Origin: Candidatus Kapaibacterium sp.
GTDB taxonomy: Bacteria; Bacteroidota; Ignavibacteria; Kapaibacteriales; HRBIN21
Length of the DNA: 64,000 nucleotides
Direction of reading: 5' to 3'
NCBI GenBank assembly: GCA_025059875.1
Contig: JANXCT010000002.1
Span: 153,180 to 217,179 of the forward strand
This document shows positions 29,548-39,895 of this stretch, in pieces. The translations under genes were made by a program, and so were the position numbers. The notes under the pieces are model-generated. The model worked only from the letters and a program-made list of their open reading frames with translations. It was not told the origin of the DNA and ran no database searches. The stretch's first letter is position 1. The number at the start of each line of letters is the position of its first letter.

Positions 29548-31703
29548 CGCACTTCCGCCCCGCTAGGTACATCCCGTTCAGGAACAAGCAACACTGGGGT
29601 CCCGTCGGACGCTGTAGCAGCCAACAGTATGCCCTGTGACTCTATCCCGCGAATGACGGCTGGCTTGAGATTCGTCGCCACTACGATGGCCCGTCCGAGG
29701 AGCTGCTCTGGGCTGTACTGCTGGGCAATGCCCGCGACGATACGGCGCTCCTCTCCACCGATGTCTACCCGCAGGAGCAGGAGCCGGTCTGTACCCGCGA
29801 TCCTCTCCGCAGCGACAACTTTCCCGATGCGGAGTCCCAACCGTTGGAGTGTCTCCAAGGTTGCGTAAGAATCCTGTGTCTGTAGCGGCATCTCCTGACC
29901 CGAACTTGGTGGGCTACCCAGCTTCTGTCGTTGAAGGGCAATCCGCTGCTCGGGGAACTTGGCAAACAGGAGCCGAGGCTCCGCTAAGAGGTGCCCTTGG
30001 GGGACTTCTGGATAGACCGCACTCAACCAGAGATCAGCCCTGCTTTCCGATTCCGACACGTCACCGATACGAGCGGGCAACTGTAGTAAATGCCATAAGC
30101 GCCGAGCGGCGAAAGGAACTACAGGGGCGAAGAGAATCGCCAGGCTCCGCACGAGCTGGATACAGAAGAAAAGCGTTCGGGCACATGTGGCTGGTTCTTC
30201 CACAATCGTCCGCCATGGAGCCATATCGTTGAAAAATTTGTTTGCTGCTCGCGCTAGCCCCATGGCTTCAGCCACAGCATCCCGGAAGCGAAAGTAGTCA
30301 TAGTGCTGAGCTGCCTGTACTACCCTACCGCAGAGCTCCTGGAGCAGGAAGCGTTCCTCTCTACGCCATCGGTCACTGAATTCCAGCAGCTGTCCTCGCC
30401 ACGCTGCGTCAGCTAAGGAGCGCCACTCTGCCAGGAGCTCCTCCTTTTCATCCGACACCAGTTCTGGAACCTGTCCTCCCCAATACCGATGAACGAACTG
30501 AAGGGTTCGATGGACAAAGTTGCCGAATGCAGCCACAAGCTCGTTGTTCGTCCGGGAAGCGAAGTCGCTCCAAGTGAACTCCGAATCCCGCGTCTCCGGG
30601 AGGTTCATTGCCAAGGCATACCGGAGCGCATCTACGGAGTGCTCCTCGGGGAAGTCCCTGAGGAAATCCCGAACGTCTACACTCCAGTTGCGCGACTTCG
30701 AGAACTTTGCCCCTTCCAAGTTCAGGAACTCGTTTGCCGGCACGTTATCCGGAAGGATGTAGCCGCCATGCGCCATGAGCATGGCGGGAAACATGAGGGT
30801 GTGGAAGACGATGTTGTCTTTGCCGATGAAGGCCACATAGCGCGTTCCGAGGTCTGTCCACCAAAGGCGCCATAACTCGGGCTGGCCCCGTTCCTGAGCC
30901 CACCGGTGAGTTATGGAGATGTAGCCCAGGAGGGCCTCAAACCACACGTACAGCACCTTGCCTTGTGCTTCCGGTAGCGGGACCGGGACCCCCCACTCCA
31001 GGTCCCGTGTGATCGGTCGGTCAGACAGACCACGACGGAGCCAGCTTCGGGTCTGCTGGAGGACGTTCTCTTTCCAATCGTGCTGGTGCCGCTCTATGTA
31101 CTCTTCCAGGGCATTCTGGAAGCGGCTCAGTAAGAAGTACCAGTGCCGGGTTCGGCGCACGACAGGAGGTTTGCCCGTGATCCGACTCCGTGGATTACGG
31201 AGTTCCAGCTGGTTGTAGTAGGCCCCACACTGGTCGCACTGGTCACCCCGAGCAGCTTCGTAGCCGCAGTATGGGCACGTCCCTTCCACGTATCGGTCCG
31301 GCAGGAAGAGGCCGGCCTCGGGATCGTAGAACTGCTCCTCTTCGCGGGGTTCCAGGTACCCCTTTCGCAACAGGGCAAGGAAGAACTGCTGAGCGAACTC
31401 CACGTGCAAGGGATCCGTCGTACGCCCATAGTAGTCAAAGCTCATCCCCAGCCGCTCAAAAGCGAGGGCATTCTCTCGGTGGTAGTGGTCCACGAGCTGC
31501 TGCGGCGAGACGTTCTGCTGTTCTGCAGCAATCGTGATAGGTGCCCCATGTTCATCTGAGCCGCAGATGAAGAGGACCTCACGGCCTCGGAGGCGGGAAT
31601 ATCGGGCATAGAGGTCCGCGGGGAGATAGGCTCCAGCACAGTGACCTAAGTGGATGTAGCCGTTAGCGTACGGCAAGGCTGCCGTGATGAGGACGCGCTC
31701 CAT
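29544..31703 (-). CDS. metG: Methionine--tRNA ligase (with C-terminal EMAP/tRNA-binding domain)
   Basis: HIGH motif (PYANGYIHLGH), KMSKS (KFSKS), zinc knuckle (CPYCGYEA...CDQCG), C-terminal tRNA-binding OB domain. Confidence 0.9.
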   Translation of the reverse strand: MERVLITAALPYANGYIHLGHCAGAYLPADLYARYSRLRGREVLFICGSDEHGAPITIAAEQQNVSPQQLVDHYHRENALAFERLGMSFDYYGRTTDPLHVEFAQQFFLALLRKGYLEPREEEQFYDPEAGLFLPDRYVEGTCPYCGYEAARGDQCDQCGAYYNQLELRNPRSRITGKPPVVRRTRHWYFLLSRFQNALEEYIERHQHDWKENVLQQTRSWLRRGLSDRPITRDLEWGVPVPLPEAQGKVLYVWFEALLGYISITHRWAQERGQPELWRLWWTDLGTRYVAFIGKDNIVFHTLMFPAMLMAHGGYILPDNVPANEFLNLEGAKFSKSRNWSVDVRDFLRDFPEEHSVDALRYALAMNLPETRDSEFTWSDFASRTNNELVAAFGNFVHRTLQFVHRYWGGQVPELVSDEKEELLAEWRSLADAAWRGQLLEFSDRWRREERFLLQELCGRVVQAAQHYDYFRFRDAVAEAMGLARAANKFFNDMAPWRTIVEEPATCARTLFFCIQLVRSLAILFAPVVPFAARRLWHLLQLPARIGDVSESESRADLWLSAVYPEVPQGHLLAEPRLLFAKFPEQRIALQRQKLGSPPSSGQEMPLQTQDSYATLETLQRLGLRIGKVVAAERIAGTDRLLLLRVDIGGEERRIVAGIAQQYSPEQLLGRAIVVATNLKPAVIRGIESQGILLAATASDGTPVLLVPERDVPSGAEVR

Positions 31704-31803
31704 TCAAACAGCGATGAGCACAGCTCTAAGGGGACGTTGCAAAAATACCGAGCTGCCTAGCTTAGTGTCTCTGCTTCCTCTTCATCCGAGATCGCGCTGG
31801 AAG

Positions 31804-32523
31804 CTACAGTCGGTGTCTCGGCTCCTTTAGCACAGAGCACCCTTCAAAGCAGAGCACGAACTCTCCTCGGAAGCGGAGCGTGCGAAAGCGTTCGAAGAGT
31901 TCGGCGAAAGTGCCGTAGTGGTGGGTCTCGTAGGGCATCGTCAGATTGCAGCCGACGTAAGCATGACGATTGGGCATGATGGCAGCAGCATCAGCCAGCA
32001 GTTGCCGAAGGCGGTAGGGAGTCTCTAGGAGAACGACTGTCCGAGGCTCTTCCGCTAAGGCCTGTAGCTGGCGGCGTCGCTCTTCTGGTTTACGGCTCAG
32101 CATCCCACCGAAGAGGAATTGGTCCGTGGAGAAGCCGCTCCGTACCAGCGCTGTGGTAATGCTCGAAGGGCCTGGGACAACGACCAACGGCAGTCCTTCC
32201 TGGAGCACCCTCCGAATGAGAAACAGCCCAGGGTCAGCAATTGCTGGCATCCCAGCGTCTGAAATCAACGCAACATCCTTGCCAGCCCGTAGGTACGAGA
32301 GGACTCGCTCTGTTGCCTCTGGCTCATTGTGCTCATTGAGGGTCTCCAGAGGCCTGTCTATTCGATGTGCCCGCAGTAAGCGGGCCCCCACTTTGAACTC
32401 CTCGCAGAAGACCACAGAGCAGCTCTTCAGCACTCGAAGCGCCCTCAGGGTAATGTCGTCTATGTCCCCAATAGGTGTGCCCACGACGTAGAGGGTACCT
32501 ACGGCGCCGGATTCAGCACCCAT
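31804..32523 (-). CDS. rsmI: 16S rRNA (cytidine1402-2'-O)-methyltransferase
   Basis: Tetrapyrrole-methylase fold with the RsmI pattern (LYVVGTPIGDIDDITLRAL...ALISDAGMPAIADPG...VPGPSS). Start at the internal Met (MGAESG). Confidence 0.75.
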   Translation of the reverse strand: MGAESGAVGTLYVVGTPIGDIDDITLRALRVLKSCSVVFCEEFKVGARLLRAHRIDRPLETLNEHNEPEATERVLSYLRAGKDVALISDAGMPAIADPGLFLIRRVLQEGLPLVVVPGPSSITTALVRSGFSTDQFLFGGMLSRKPEERRRQLQALAEEPRTVVLLETPYRLRQLLADAAAIMPNRHAYVGCNLTMPYETHHYGTFAELFERFRTLRFRGEFVLCFEGCSVLKEPRHRL

Positions 32524-34133
32524 CTGCACTCCCGATGCTGACCCACCACAAAGCACACGAGTGCAACCCCCCGAGGCACAACGCTGCGGGGCAGCCGAGC
32601 CTGCAGTACCCCGTCAGGAAGCGTAGTGAGAAAGCTGGAGAGATCTACGGCTCGCCCTTGCAGCGTGTAGAGGAGTAACCGTCCCGATGCTGTTCCTACC
32701 TGCTGTAGTGTACATCGCAGCAACAGCTCGTCGCCCACCAGCACAGTCGCAGCAGGAGACATTGGTACGCTACTCGGCTCACTCCAGAGAACGCGTAGTT
32801 CCAGCGGACGGACCCCCGCAGCGAACCGGAGCCGCACTCGGAACTCACCTACAGTCCGGCGTTCGGCTCTCAGCGAGAACTGTAGCCATCCAACGCGGAG
32901 AGGCTCCACAATGCTATCAACCACAACCTGCTCTATCACGACCCCCTCAGGGATTCCCAGGAAGTCAACAGCCCGAAGCTGTGCTGGTGCCCAGCCACGG
33001 TTGAGGATGGCCACTCGGTAACTCCATTGCAGAGCCTCTTGTCGATACTCTACGAGCGTGTCCGAGAGAACTGGCTGGGGAACAGGTGGAAAATCCGCTC
33101 CTCCGCCGATTCGGTAGAGCCGTCCGACAAGCTGAGGACGCTCCACGAACGGATTGGCCCGCCCTTGGATAGCAGCAATGCGCCGTGTACGCTCCCGCTC
33201 CCATGCATCCACCGTGTCCTGATTATGCCACTGGCGCAGGAGTGCTTCATAAGCCGCAGTCAGCATGCCGGTCATGTTGCCATAGCGGACGGCAATTGCA
33301 AACAATGCCCGCGCGGCATCACCCTTATGAGCATCCCGCGGCTCAAAGACCTCAGCTCCTGCGGAATCAAACCCATATCGGGAACCCCCAAGCTGCCAGA
33401 GGACCCTTCGGACAATCCCAAAGGGTAGGTTGCTGCGCCGCTCGTTTGCCTCAGCTAATGTTGGGAAGAGGTGATGGAGATCGCTCACAGGCGGGAGGGT
33501 ATCCGCCCCACGACTCCGCGGCCAGGTATGCTCTACGTTGAACACCGTAGGCTGCGGAAGCGGTGGGACGCGAATGGTTCGCCCTGTATACACACACTCC
33601 ACTGTCCCACTGCGGTTGTCAATAGTAAAGAAGATAGCCCGCCGGGCACTATCGTATGGCAGAACGAGCTGAGATTGGAGCATCTCCCGAAGTCGCTGTC
33701 GAAGTGGTTCGCCCCACAATCCGTTGGTAGAGGCGTAGACCGTATCGGAATCCACTCCAAAAGCGCGCAGATGGCACGTCTGCGTCCATTCCGCAGCAGA
33801 GCAGCGCAGGCGGAAGAGCACGAGTGCCTCTTGGTGGATATTGTGGAGAGGCCGTACGAAGACCCGCACAGGGGTACGACTGCCTGGAGCTAATGTCTGC
33901 GGGGCCGAGAACTCCACACCGAAGGAAGCCCACGGTGGCTGCAGGAGCTGCACCGACAGCACCTCAACGGGCTCACGCCCTGTATGCTCGATCCAGAGCC
34001 GTTCTTCCCGCAACTGCCCTATCGGCACAGTACCGAAGTCCACCACTTCCAGGCTCAGCCCAATCCCACACCAGAACCCCCAGCTCTGGCTTGGGACGAG
34101 CACTGCCAATAACAGTAGCCACCACATCCACAT
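32499..34133 (-). CDS. Secreted endonuclease I family (EndA/NucM/Vvn-like) protein with N-terminal Ig/ASH-like domain and C-terminal beta-rich extension
   Basis: Endonuclease-I motifs (NVEHTWPRSRG, DLHHLFP, N..RSN.PFG). Signal peptide from MWMWWLLLLAVLV (start at 34133, internal to the track ORF). N-terminal ASH-like segment and C-terminal ~150-aa beta-rich region. Confidence 0.6.
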   Translation of the reverse strand: MWMWWLLLLAVLVPSQSWGFWCGIGLSLEVVDFGTVPIGQLREERLWIEHTGREPVEVLSVQLLQPPWASFGVEFSAPQTLAPGSRTPVRVFVRPLHNIHQEALVLFRLRCSAAEWTQTCHLRAFGVDSDTVYASTNGLWGEPLRQRLREMLQSQLVLPYDSARRAIFFTIDNRSGTVECVYTGRTIRVPPLPQPTVFNVEHTWPRSRGADTLPPVSDLHHLFPTLAEANERRSNLPFGIVRRVLWQLGGSRYGFDSAGAEVFEPRDAHKGDAARALFAIAVRYGNMTGMLTAAYEALLRQWHNQDTVDAWERERTRRIAAIQGRANPFVERPQLVGRLYRIGGGADFPPVPQPVLSDTLVEYRQEALQWSYRVAILNRGWAPAQLRAVDFLGIPEGVVIEQVVVDSIVEPLRVGWLQFSLRAERRTVGEFRVRLRFAAGVRPLELRVLWSEPSSVPMSPAATVLVGDELLLRCTLQQVGTASGRLLLYTLQGRAVDLSSFLTTLPDGVLQARLPRSVVPRGVALVCFVVGQHRECRWVLNPAP

Positions 34134-34235
34134 CTGACACGCGCTCAGCCACAGAGGTATAGCAGCGCGCAAAATTACGCTCCACCCATAGCGTCTACCT
34201 TTTGCAGTAAGGCTATCCCACGGCCTCTCGCTGAG

Positions 34236-34871
34236 ATGGCAGGATGGATAGAGTTCCTCCAACGCCGGCTCTCGGAGCCCTTACCTGGACAAGCCGCCCA
34301 CCGAGTCGTCATGCCCATTGTAGAAGGCCAGGAGCGCCTGCTCATCCCCCCAAAGGACAGTAGACTGGCTGCTGTTCTTGTGGCTTTTTTGGCAGCAGCT
34401 TCTGAACCTACGTGTGTGCTGACGTTACGAAGCCACCAACTGTCACGCCACCAAGGTGAGTGGAGCTTCCCTGGTGGGATGGTGCATCCGGCGGAGTCTC
34501 CAACGGATGCCGCGCTACGGGAGGCCGCCGAGGAACTAGGCATCCCACCAGAGCAGGTCGCTGTCCTAGGAACGGCAACCCCTGTCTATGTCCCTGCCTC
34601 CCATGCTGCTGTCGTGCCCGTTGTCGCTGTCCTCCAAGGTCACCCGAATTTCCGCCCTAACGGGGAAGTCGCCGAAGTCTTCCTGCTGTCTTTAGAGTTC
34701 CTCCGCCAGCTCCCGCTCCGCCGCGCGGAATGGGTTCGGAACCACCGCATCATCCATGCCCCGTATTGGGAGATCCGCCCTCCGGTCCCCCTGTGGGGAG
34801 CCACCGCTATGATCGCCAATGAGCTCCTTTGGCTCTACACTGAGTTCCGCCAAAGCTGTGCTCGTCTGTAG
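34236..34871 (+). CDS. NUDIX hydrolase (CoA pyrophosphatase-like)
   Basis: Nudix box (GGMVHPAESPTDAALREAAEELGI); upstream UPF0035/NudL-type motif (LRSHQLSRHQGEWSFPGG). Confidence 0.7.
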   Translation: MAGWIEFLQRRLSEPLPGQAAHRVVMPIVEGQERLLIPPKDSRLAAVLVAFLAAASEPTCVLTLRSHQLSRHQGEWSFPGGMVHPAESPTDAALREAAEELGIPPEQVAVLGTATPVYVPASHAAVVPVVAVLQGHPNFRPNGEVAEVFLLSLEFLRQLPLRRAEWVRNHRIIHAPYWEIRPPVPLWGATAMIANELLWLYTEFRQSCARL

Positions 34872-34933
34872 TACCCCGGTCCGGCGCATTCCCGTAATAT
34901 TGTGACTTTGGCAAGGGCAGCCCTCTCACTCCC

Positions 34934-37900
34934 ATGACAAAATGCGGGCTCTCCTGCGGAATACTTGCTGCAGCACTGTCCCTACAGGCAATTGCTGAAG
35001 AGTTACGGCTTCACTGGGAATGGCGCACCCCGCAGGAGGCTCTGTTGACGATCTCTGTTCCAATCCCACTCCTGCTCCAAGCACCTGAAGGTGTACGGCA
35101 AGCAGCTCCGAACTCCCGTTGGGCTTTTCCACTCCCTGACTGGTCCCTCTACGGATTTGCCATCCCTATGGAGCTACCTCTCCAGACTACACTCCGGAGC
35201 GACATCGTGCAGTGGGAGGAACTACCGCTGCCAGCACCACTCCAGCGACGTACGTGCCAAGAATGCTCTCCTGGAGAGCCGCTTGTAGCGCAGCTTGCGC
35301 CCATCGGCTCCTCAGGGGACCGACCCGTTGTAGCGCTGCGCCTCTTGCCGTATCACCCAGTAGAGCATGGCACTCGGCTCCGTGTCGCACGTCAGCTCCG
35401 GCTCCACTTGCGCCTTCCCCAGCCTTCGACAGTTCGTGAGTCCCTAGTTCTGCTGGATTTCAATCCCTCCCGATTAGCATCTCCCCTAGCAGACGTACCC
35501 CTTTCCACCTCAGAACAGCAACTCCCTACAGCTCCCGACGGCTTTCAATACAAGCTCATCGTTCGCCGCCAGGGACTCGTTCGAGTCACAGCTCGACAAC
35601 TGCTCGATGCTGGGCTACCGCTCGCAGCTATCCCTGTAGCGACGCTCCGCCTCTGGAACCGTGGACGTGAAATTCCGCTGTACGTTTACGATCGTAACAA
35701 CAATGGCTACCTCGATGACTATCCCCCAGACCCCGACTACATTGCCTTCTTTGGTGAGCCCAATCGGCTGAACTTCCGTAACCGTGACCGCGATATGTAC
35801 CTTGACCCCGAAACGGAAGAGAATGTCTATGCCCTCACTTGGGGAGGGGGAAATGGGAAGCGGATGGTTGAGGAGTCCGGCGATATCCGCATCCCTGACC
35901 CGCGACGAGCTATAGACCTACGCGGGAAGAGTTTCCGGAGTACTGTCATCGTAGAGCACAACCGAGTCGAGGAACGCTTCGGAGCCGTAGAGGCACAAGA
36001 CCGTGATCTCCTGCTCCCCAGCTTCCAAGGGGACCAACTCTTTTGGGCCCGAGTACCGGCGAACACTAGTGTGACCCTTCCCGTCCCCTTACCCGCACCG
36101 GCGCTCCTGGCAGAGGACTCTGTACGGGTAGAGGTGATGCTATGTGGTGCCATAGCACGTCCCTTGCCGTGCCCTATTCCTGAGCATACTGCGGAGATCT
36201 ACCTCAACCGTCGGCGAATTCTCCGAGCTTCTTGGTCGGGAGCCCGTCCGTTCACTGTTCAGTCCCCTCAACACCAGATTGCTCCCATCCCAGCTTCTGT
36301 TCTCGCTGAAGCCGACAGCAGCACCATTACGGTTGCCAACATCTTTGACTGTCCCCAAGCCAGCGACCGAATTCCCAGCTTCTACGTCAACTGGGTGCGG
36401 ATCGAGTATCCACGGCTCTACGTTGCGACGAACGATGAGCTCTGGTTCTGTACTCCTCCCGGCTCCCCTCCAGGGGTTTACACCTTCGCCCTCGAGGGCT
36501 TTCAAACACCAAATGTCCTGCTCTTCCGCGCCGGCATCTCGCGCATCCTCAACTACAGTCTCGAACGGGTCCGACTGCCTTGGGGGGCCGTGCGATACAC
36601 CATCCGCTTCCAGACTTACGTTGCCTCACCGGAAGAGCTCTTCTATGCTATCGCCGTAGACAGCGTTGCCGGTCCTGCGCGAATTGTCCGTGACCTTCCC
36701 TCCAGCCTATCCCATCCTGACAACGCCGCTGATTACATGATCATCACGCACAAAGGCCTCTGGGATCGCCGTCAGCCACAGGCGAATTCACCAGACCATC
36801 CCATTCAGCGACTCCTCCGCTTGCGGCAGCAGCAGGGGCTGCGCACGATGGTTGTGGACGTTGACGACATCTACGACGAGTTCAATGACGGTATCGCCTC
36901 ACGGGATGCCATTCACCGCTTCCTGCGATTTGCATGGTTGCGGTGGCGAGTCCCTCCGCGGTATATTGTGCTTGTTGGAAATGCCACAGCCATCCCACCG
37001 CAACTATGGCAGACACGCCGCTGGGGAATGACCCCTACGGACTACACGTACGGTTGCGTGGAAGGCACCTACCAAACTCCCACAGGCGCCCTGACGGACG
37101 ATCCGATCCCTGAAATGGCCGTTGGGCGTATTCCTGCAGAATCATTGGCTGATCTGGAAGCCGTAGTGGCAAAGCTGTGGGAGATGGAGGAAGGATACGC
37201 CACGACGTACTTCCAGCCCCGTGCCCTCTTGGTAGCTGGCATCAACGGCTTCATTCACCAGACAGAACTCTTGGCAACGCGGCTCCCCTTGGGACTGTCG
37301 CAGCGCCGCCTCTACGTCCAGCCTGGCACTCCGTACACTGGACATACAGCCGAGCTCCTCCAACTGTTTGCCGATGGAGCTGCTGTCGTCAACTTCCTCG
37401 GCCACGGTGGTGGGGGTATCTGGGAAGATGCCGGGCTACTGCAGGATGAAGATGTTGAGCTCTTCTCCAACCGTGGTCGCTACCCCATTGTCTCCAGTCT
37501 TACGTGCTTCACTGGCGCCTTTGAGCAGCAAGCGGGACGCCGCGGTCTACTGAGCAGCCTCGTTGTAACACCGGGACGTGGGGCCGTCGCCGCTTGGGGG
37601 AACTCCGGCTATGGTTGGCTGGAGAATAGCTTCTTGCTGTCGCTGGCGCTCCTGGAAGCTGTCACAGCCCCCACAGGACGTCTCCAACGTCTTGGAGATG
37701 CTTTCCGTGCTGGCAAAGCCCTCTATGCCGCCCGTGCCTATGGGCTACAGAACGAGATCGTGCTCTCTATGCTCCTGCAGGCAACCCTTATCGGCGATCC
37801 AGCCCAGCTCTTGCGGCTCCCAACGGACACAGTTGAGCTTCGGCTGAGCCGTACAGCCGCTACCGCTGGCGAGGTGCTCACAGTGGTCACCTCTCTGCCG

Positions 37901-39895
37901 TTTTCCTCAGGAAGCGCCCGAGTTCTCCTTGCCGATGAGTATGGCAACGACTTGCCCGGAGGCGAGCGGGTTATCTCCCTCAATGGCCCACGGCTTAGCT
38001 TCTCGGTAACAGTCCCTGCTAACTATATCGGCACGCGCCTCTCCATTCGCCTCTACGCAGTAGAGTCTAACCGGCAACGTGCGGTCATGGGAGGGGCACA
38101 CGTCAGCACAGGTGCTGTTATTCTGGGGGAAATCCAGACCTCACCTTCACCGCCAGTAGCCGGTCAGCCTCTGGCATTGCGCATTCCCATCCGCAGCCGT
38201 ACTGCTATCCAGAGTGTGACCGCCACTGTCAACATTGCCTTCCCTGACGGTACTACAAGCTCTTTGGGACCTATGCCCTGTCAACTCGTTAGCGCCGAGG
38301 TGTACCAGACCGAGCCTCCCATCTCGGCAGCGCTCATACGGGCTGGGGCAGAGATTAGGGCAGTGTTTACGGTCCTTCTGAGCACAGGGCAGAGCATTAG
38401 CTCTCCTATGGCCATCTTCTCGGTCCCAGGGATTGCGGACCCAGCGGTTGTCCAGCCCTTAGCAGGAGACAGCTTACGCACGGCCACCCCATGGCTGCGC
38501 TGTGTCCCAACAGCACAGGGAGCACATCTTCAGGTCCACCTCTACAACTGGCGGGAAACCCCTGCAGGCAACGTCTTGGTCCGTCTGTGGCGCTCCATGC
38601 CGAACGGTCCCCCGCAACTACTGGCTGAGCAGCGTGTGGACATCCCCGGCAACGGCAGCACGGACTGGCTCTTGCGTCCACCCAGAGCTCTACAGAAGGC
38701 CTATCTCCTCTGCGAAGTCGCTAGCGATAGTCTCTCTACCGGGGGTGATCGGTTAGCGAGCAACAATCGGGCTGGAGATAGTCTTCTACTGGGCTGCTTT
38801 GCACTCTTGCCGTCCGTTGGTACTACCGACAATGGCCTGCAGCACTCCCCTGTTGGGATTGAGGGGATAGCGACTGTTGCCGTCCTCCCTGCTCAAGCTC
38901 CGGCGGCTACCGCGCTCCTGTGGATTGAGACCCTCCCCTCCACTCGGACTGTACAGCCGAACGTCCATCTCGTACGTCTTGCCGATAGTTCTGCCGCTGT
39001 GGCAGTGACGGTCTCTTCTCCAACCACGGTCGTAGCAACATTGCAGCTGTGGTACCTGCCACAGGACACCGCGCTCGTCCATGGCCTACCGGCCATCTAC
39101 CGCAAACATAGCCGCTTAGACCTCTGGGAACGCCTCCCCACCCAGCAGATTGGTCCTGGCGTTGTGCAAGCTTCCGTAGTACTTCCTGGCATCTTCGCCG
39201 TTGCGACAAGCTCAGACCGGCGTCCTCCCCAAGTTCGGATAACAGCGGAAGGACGAGCTCTCCCGGCTCGGACTGTCCTCTCGGCGAATCCCCGAATCAG
39301 CATCGTTGGCATAGATGAAAATGGGGTCTCCACCGACACCTCTACCATCCGCTTGACACTGAACGGACAACCCGTACCCGTCCAGCAGCTCAGCATCTCA
39401 GACAGTGCCCAGACACCGACTGCCACCAGCATCAGCTACCGTCCTCAGCTCCAGAGTGGGACCCATATCTTGTGTGCCACGCTCGTAGACTGCAACGGTA
39501 ATCCCAGCGAACGCACCTGCATCCAGATGGAAGTCTCCACACAGCTCGACCTGCGGTTGCTAGGGACCTATCCGAATCCTTTCCGCGAGGAGATGTTCAT
39601 CGCCTACGAGCTGCTGGGGACAAGCAGCGTCGACGAGGTAGAGCTCCGACTATACACTGCTTCGGGACGCTGCATCCGCCGGATGGTCTTCCCAACGACT
39701 TCCCCCGCGGAGGCCTTCGGATTCTTACGCGGCGGGACCGGAATCCCGACAATGCCAGGATACCATGAAATCTGGTGGGACGGCATGGACAACGAAGGCC
39801 GTCCTGTAGCAAATGGGATCTACTTCTACCGACTCCGTGTCCGGTCGGGTGACACCATTGTGGAGCGACGCGGCAGTGTGGCGCGGGTTCGCTAA
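34934..39895 (+). CDS. porU: Type IX secretion system sortase PorU (gingipain-like C25 peptidase), unusually long (1653 aa)
   Basis: Signal peptide. Peptidase C25 core (ADYMIITHKGLW, VGNATAIPP, TDYTYGCVEG, catalytic His in NFLGHGGGGIWED, Cys in SLTCFTGAF). Multiple Ig/FN3-like beta domains. C-terminal FlgD-Ig/T9SS-like domain (GTYPNPFREE...GIYFYRLRV). Immediately followed by porV. Confidence 0.75.
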   Translation: MTKCGLSCGILAAALSLQAIAEELRLHWEWRTPQEALLTISVPIPLLLQAPEGVRQAAPNSRWAFPLPDWSLYGFAIPMELPLQTTLRSDIVQWEELPLPAPLQRRTCQECSPGEPLVAQLAPIGSSGDRPVVALRLLPYHPVEHGTRLRVARQLRLHLRLPQPSTVRESLVLLDFNPSRLASPLADVPLSTSEQQLPTAPDGFQYKLIVRRQGLVRVTARQLLDAGLPLAAIPVATLRLWNRGREIPLYVYDRNNNGYLDDYPPDPDYIAFFGEPNRLNFRNRDRDMYLDPETEENVYALTWGGGNGKRMVEESGDIRIPDPRRAIDLRGKSFRSTVIVEHNRVEERFGAVEAQDRDLLLPSFQGDQLFWARVPANTSVTLPVPLPAPALLAEDSVRVEVMLCGAIARPLPCPIPEHTAEIYLNRRRILRASWSGARPFTVQSPQHQIAPIPASVLAEADSSTITVANIFDCPQASDRIPSFYVNWVRIEYPRLYVATNDELWFCTPPGSPPGVYTFALEGFQTPNVLLFRAGISRILNYSLERVRLPWGAVRYTIRFQTYVASPEELFYAIAVDSVAGPARIVRDLPSSLSHPDNAADYMIITHKGLWDRRQPQANSPDHPIQRLLRLRQQQGLRTMVVDVDDIYDEFNDGIASRDAIHRFLRFAWLRWRVPPRYIVLVGNATAIPPQLWQTRRWGMTPTDYTYGCVEGTYQTPTGALTDDPIPEMAVGRIPAESLADLEAVVAKLWEMEEGYATTYFQPRALLVAGINGFIHQTELLATRLPLGLSQRRLYVQPGTPYTGHTAELLQLFADGAAVVNFLGHGGGGIWEDAGLLQDEDVELFSNRGRYPIVSSLTCFTGAFEQQAGRRGLLSSLVVTPGRGAVAAWGNSGYGWLENSFLLSLALLEAVTAPTGRLQRLGDAFRAGKALYAARAYGLQNEIVLSMLLQATLIGDPAQLLRLPTDTVELRLSRTAATAGEVLTVVTSLPFSSGSARVLLADEYGNDLPGGERVISLNGPRLSFSVTVPANYIGTRLSIRLYAVESNRQRAVMGGAHVSTGAVILGEIQTSPSPPVAGQPLALRIPIRSRTAIQSVTATVNIAFPDGTTSSLGPMPCQLVSAEVYQTEPPISAALIRAGAEIRAVFTVLLSTGQSISSPMAIFSVPGIADPAVVQPLAGDSLRTATPWLRCVPTAQGAHLQVHLYNWRETPAGNVLVRLWRSMPNGPPQLLAEQRVDIPGNGSTDWLLRPPRALQKAYLLCEVASDSLSTGGDRLASNNRAGDSLLLGCFALLPSVGTTDNGLQHSPVGIEGIATVAVLPAQAPAATALLWIETLPSTRTVQPNVHLVRLADSSAAVAVTVSSPTTVVATLQLWYLPQDTALVHGLPAIYRKHSRLDLWERLPTQQIGPGVVQASVVLPGIFAVATSSDRRPPQVRITAEGRALPARTVLSANPRISIVGIDENGVSTDTSTIRLTLNGQPVPVQQLSISDSAQTPTATSISYRPQLQSGTHILCATLVDCNGNPSERTCIQMEVSTQLDLRLLGTYPNPFREEMFIAYELLGTSSVDEVELRLYTASGRCIRRMVFPTTSPAEAFGFLRGGTGIPTMPGYHEIWWDGMDNEGRPVANGIYFYRLRVRSGDTIVERRGSVARVR

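Noticed and set aside
39813-39875. Upstream ATG start for porV (track ORF 39813-40919)
   Set aside because: Would overlap porU by 83 nt and add a non-signal-like N-terminal extension. The GTG at 39876 gives a normal signal peptide and a 20-nt overlap.
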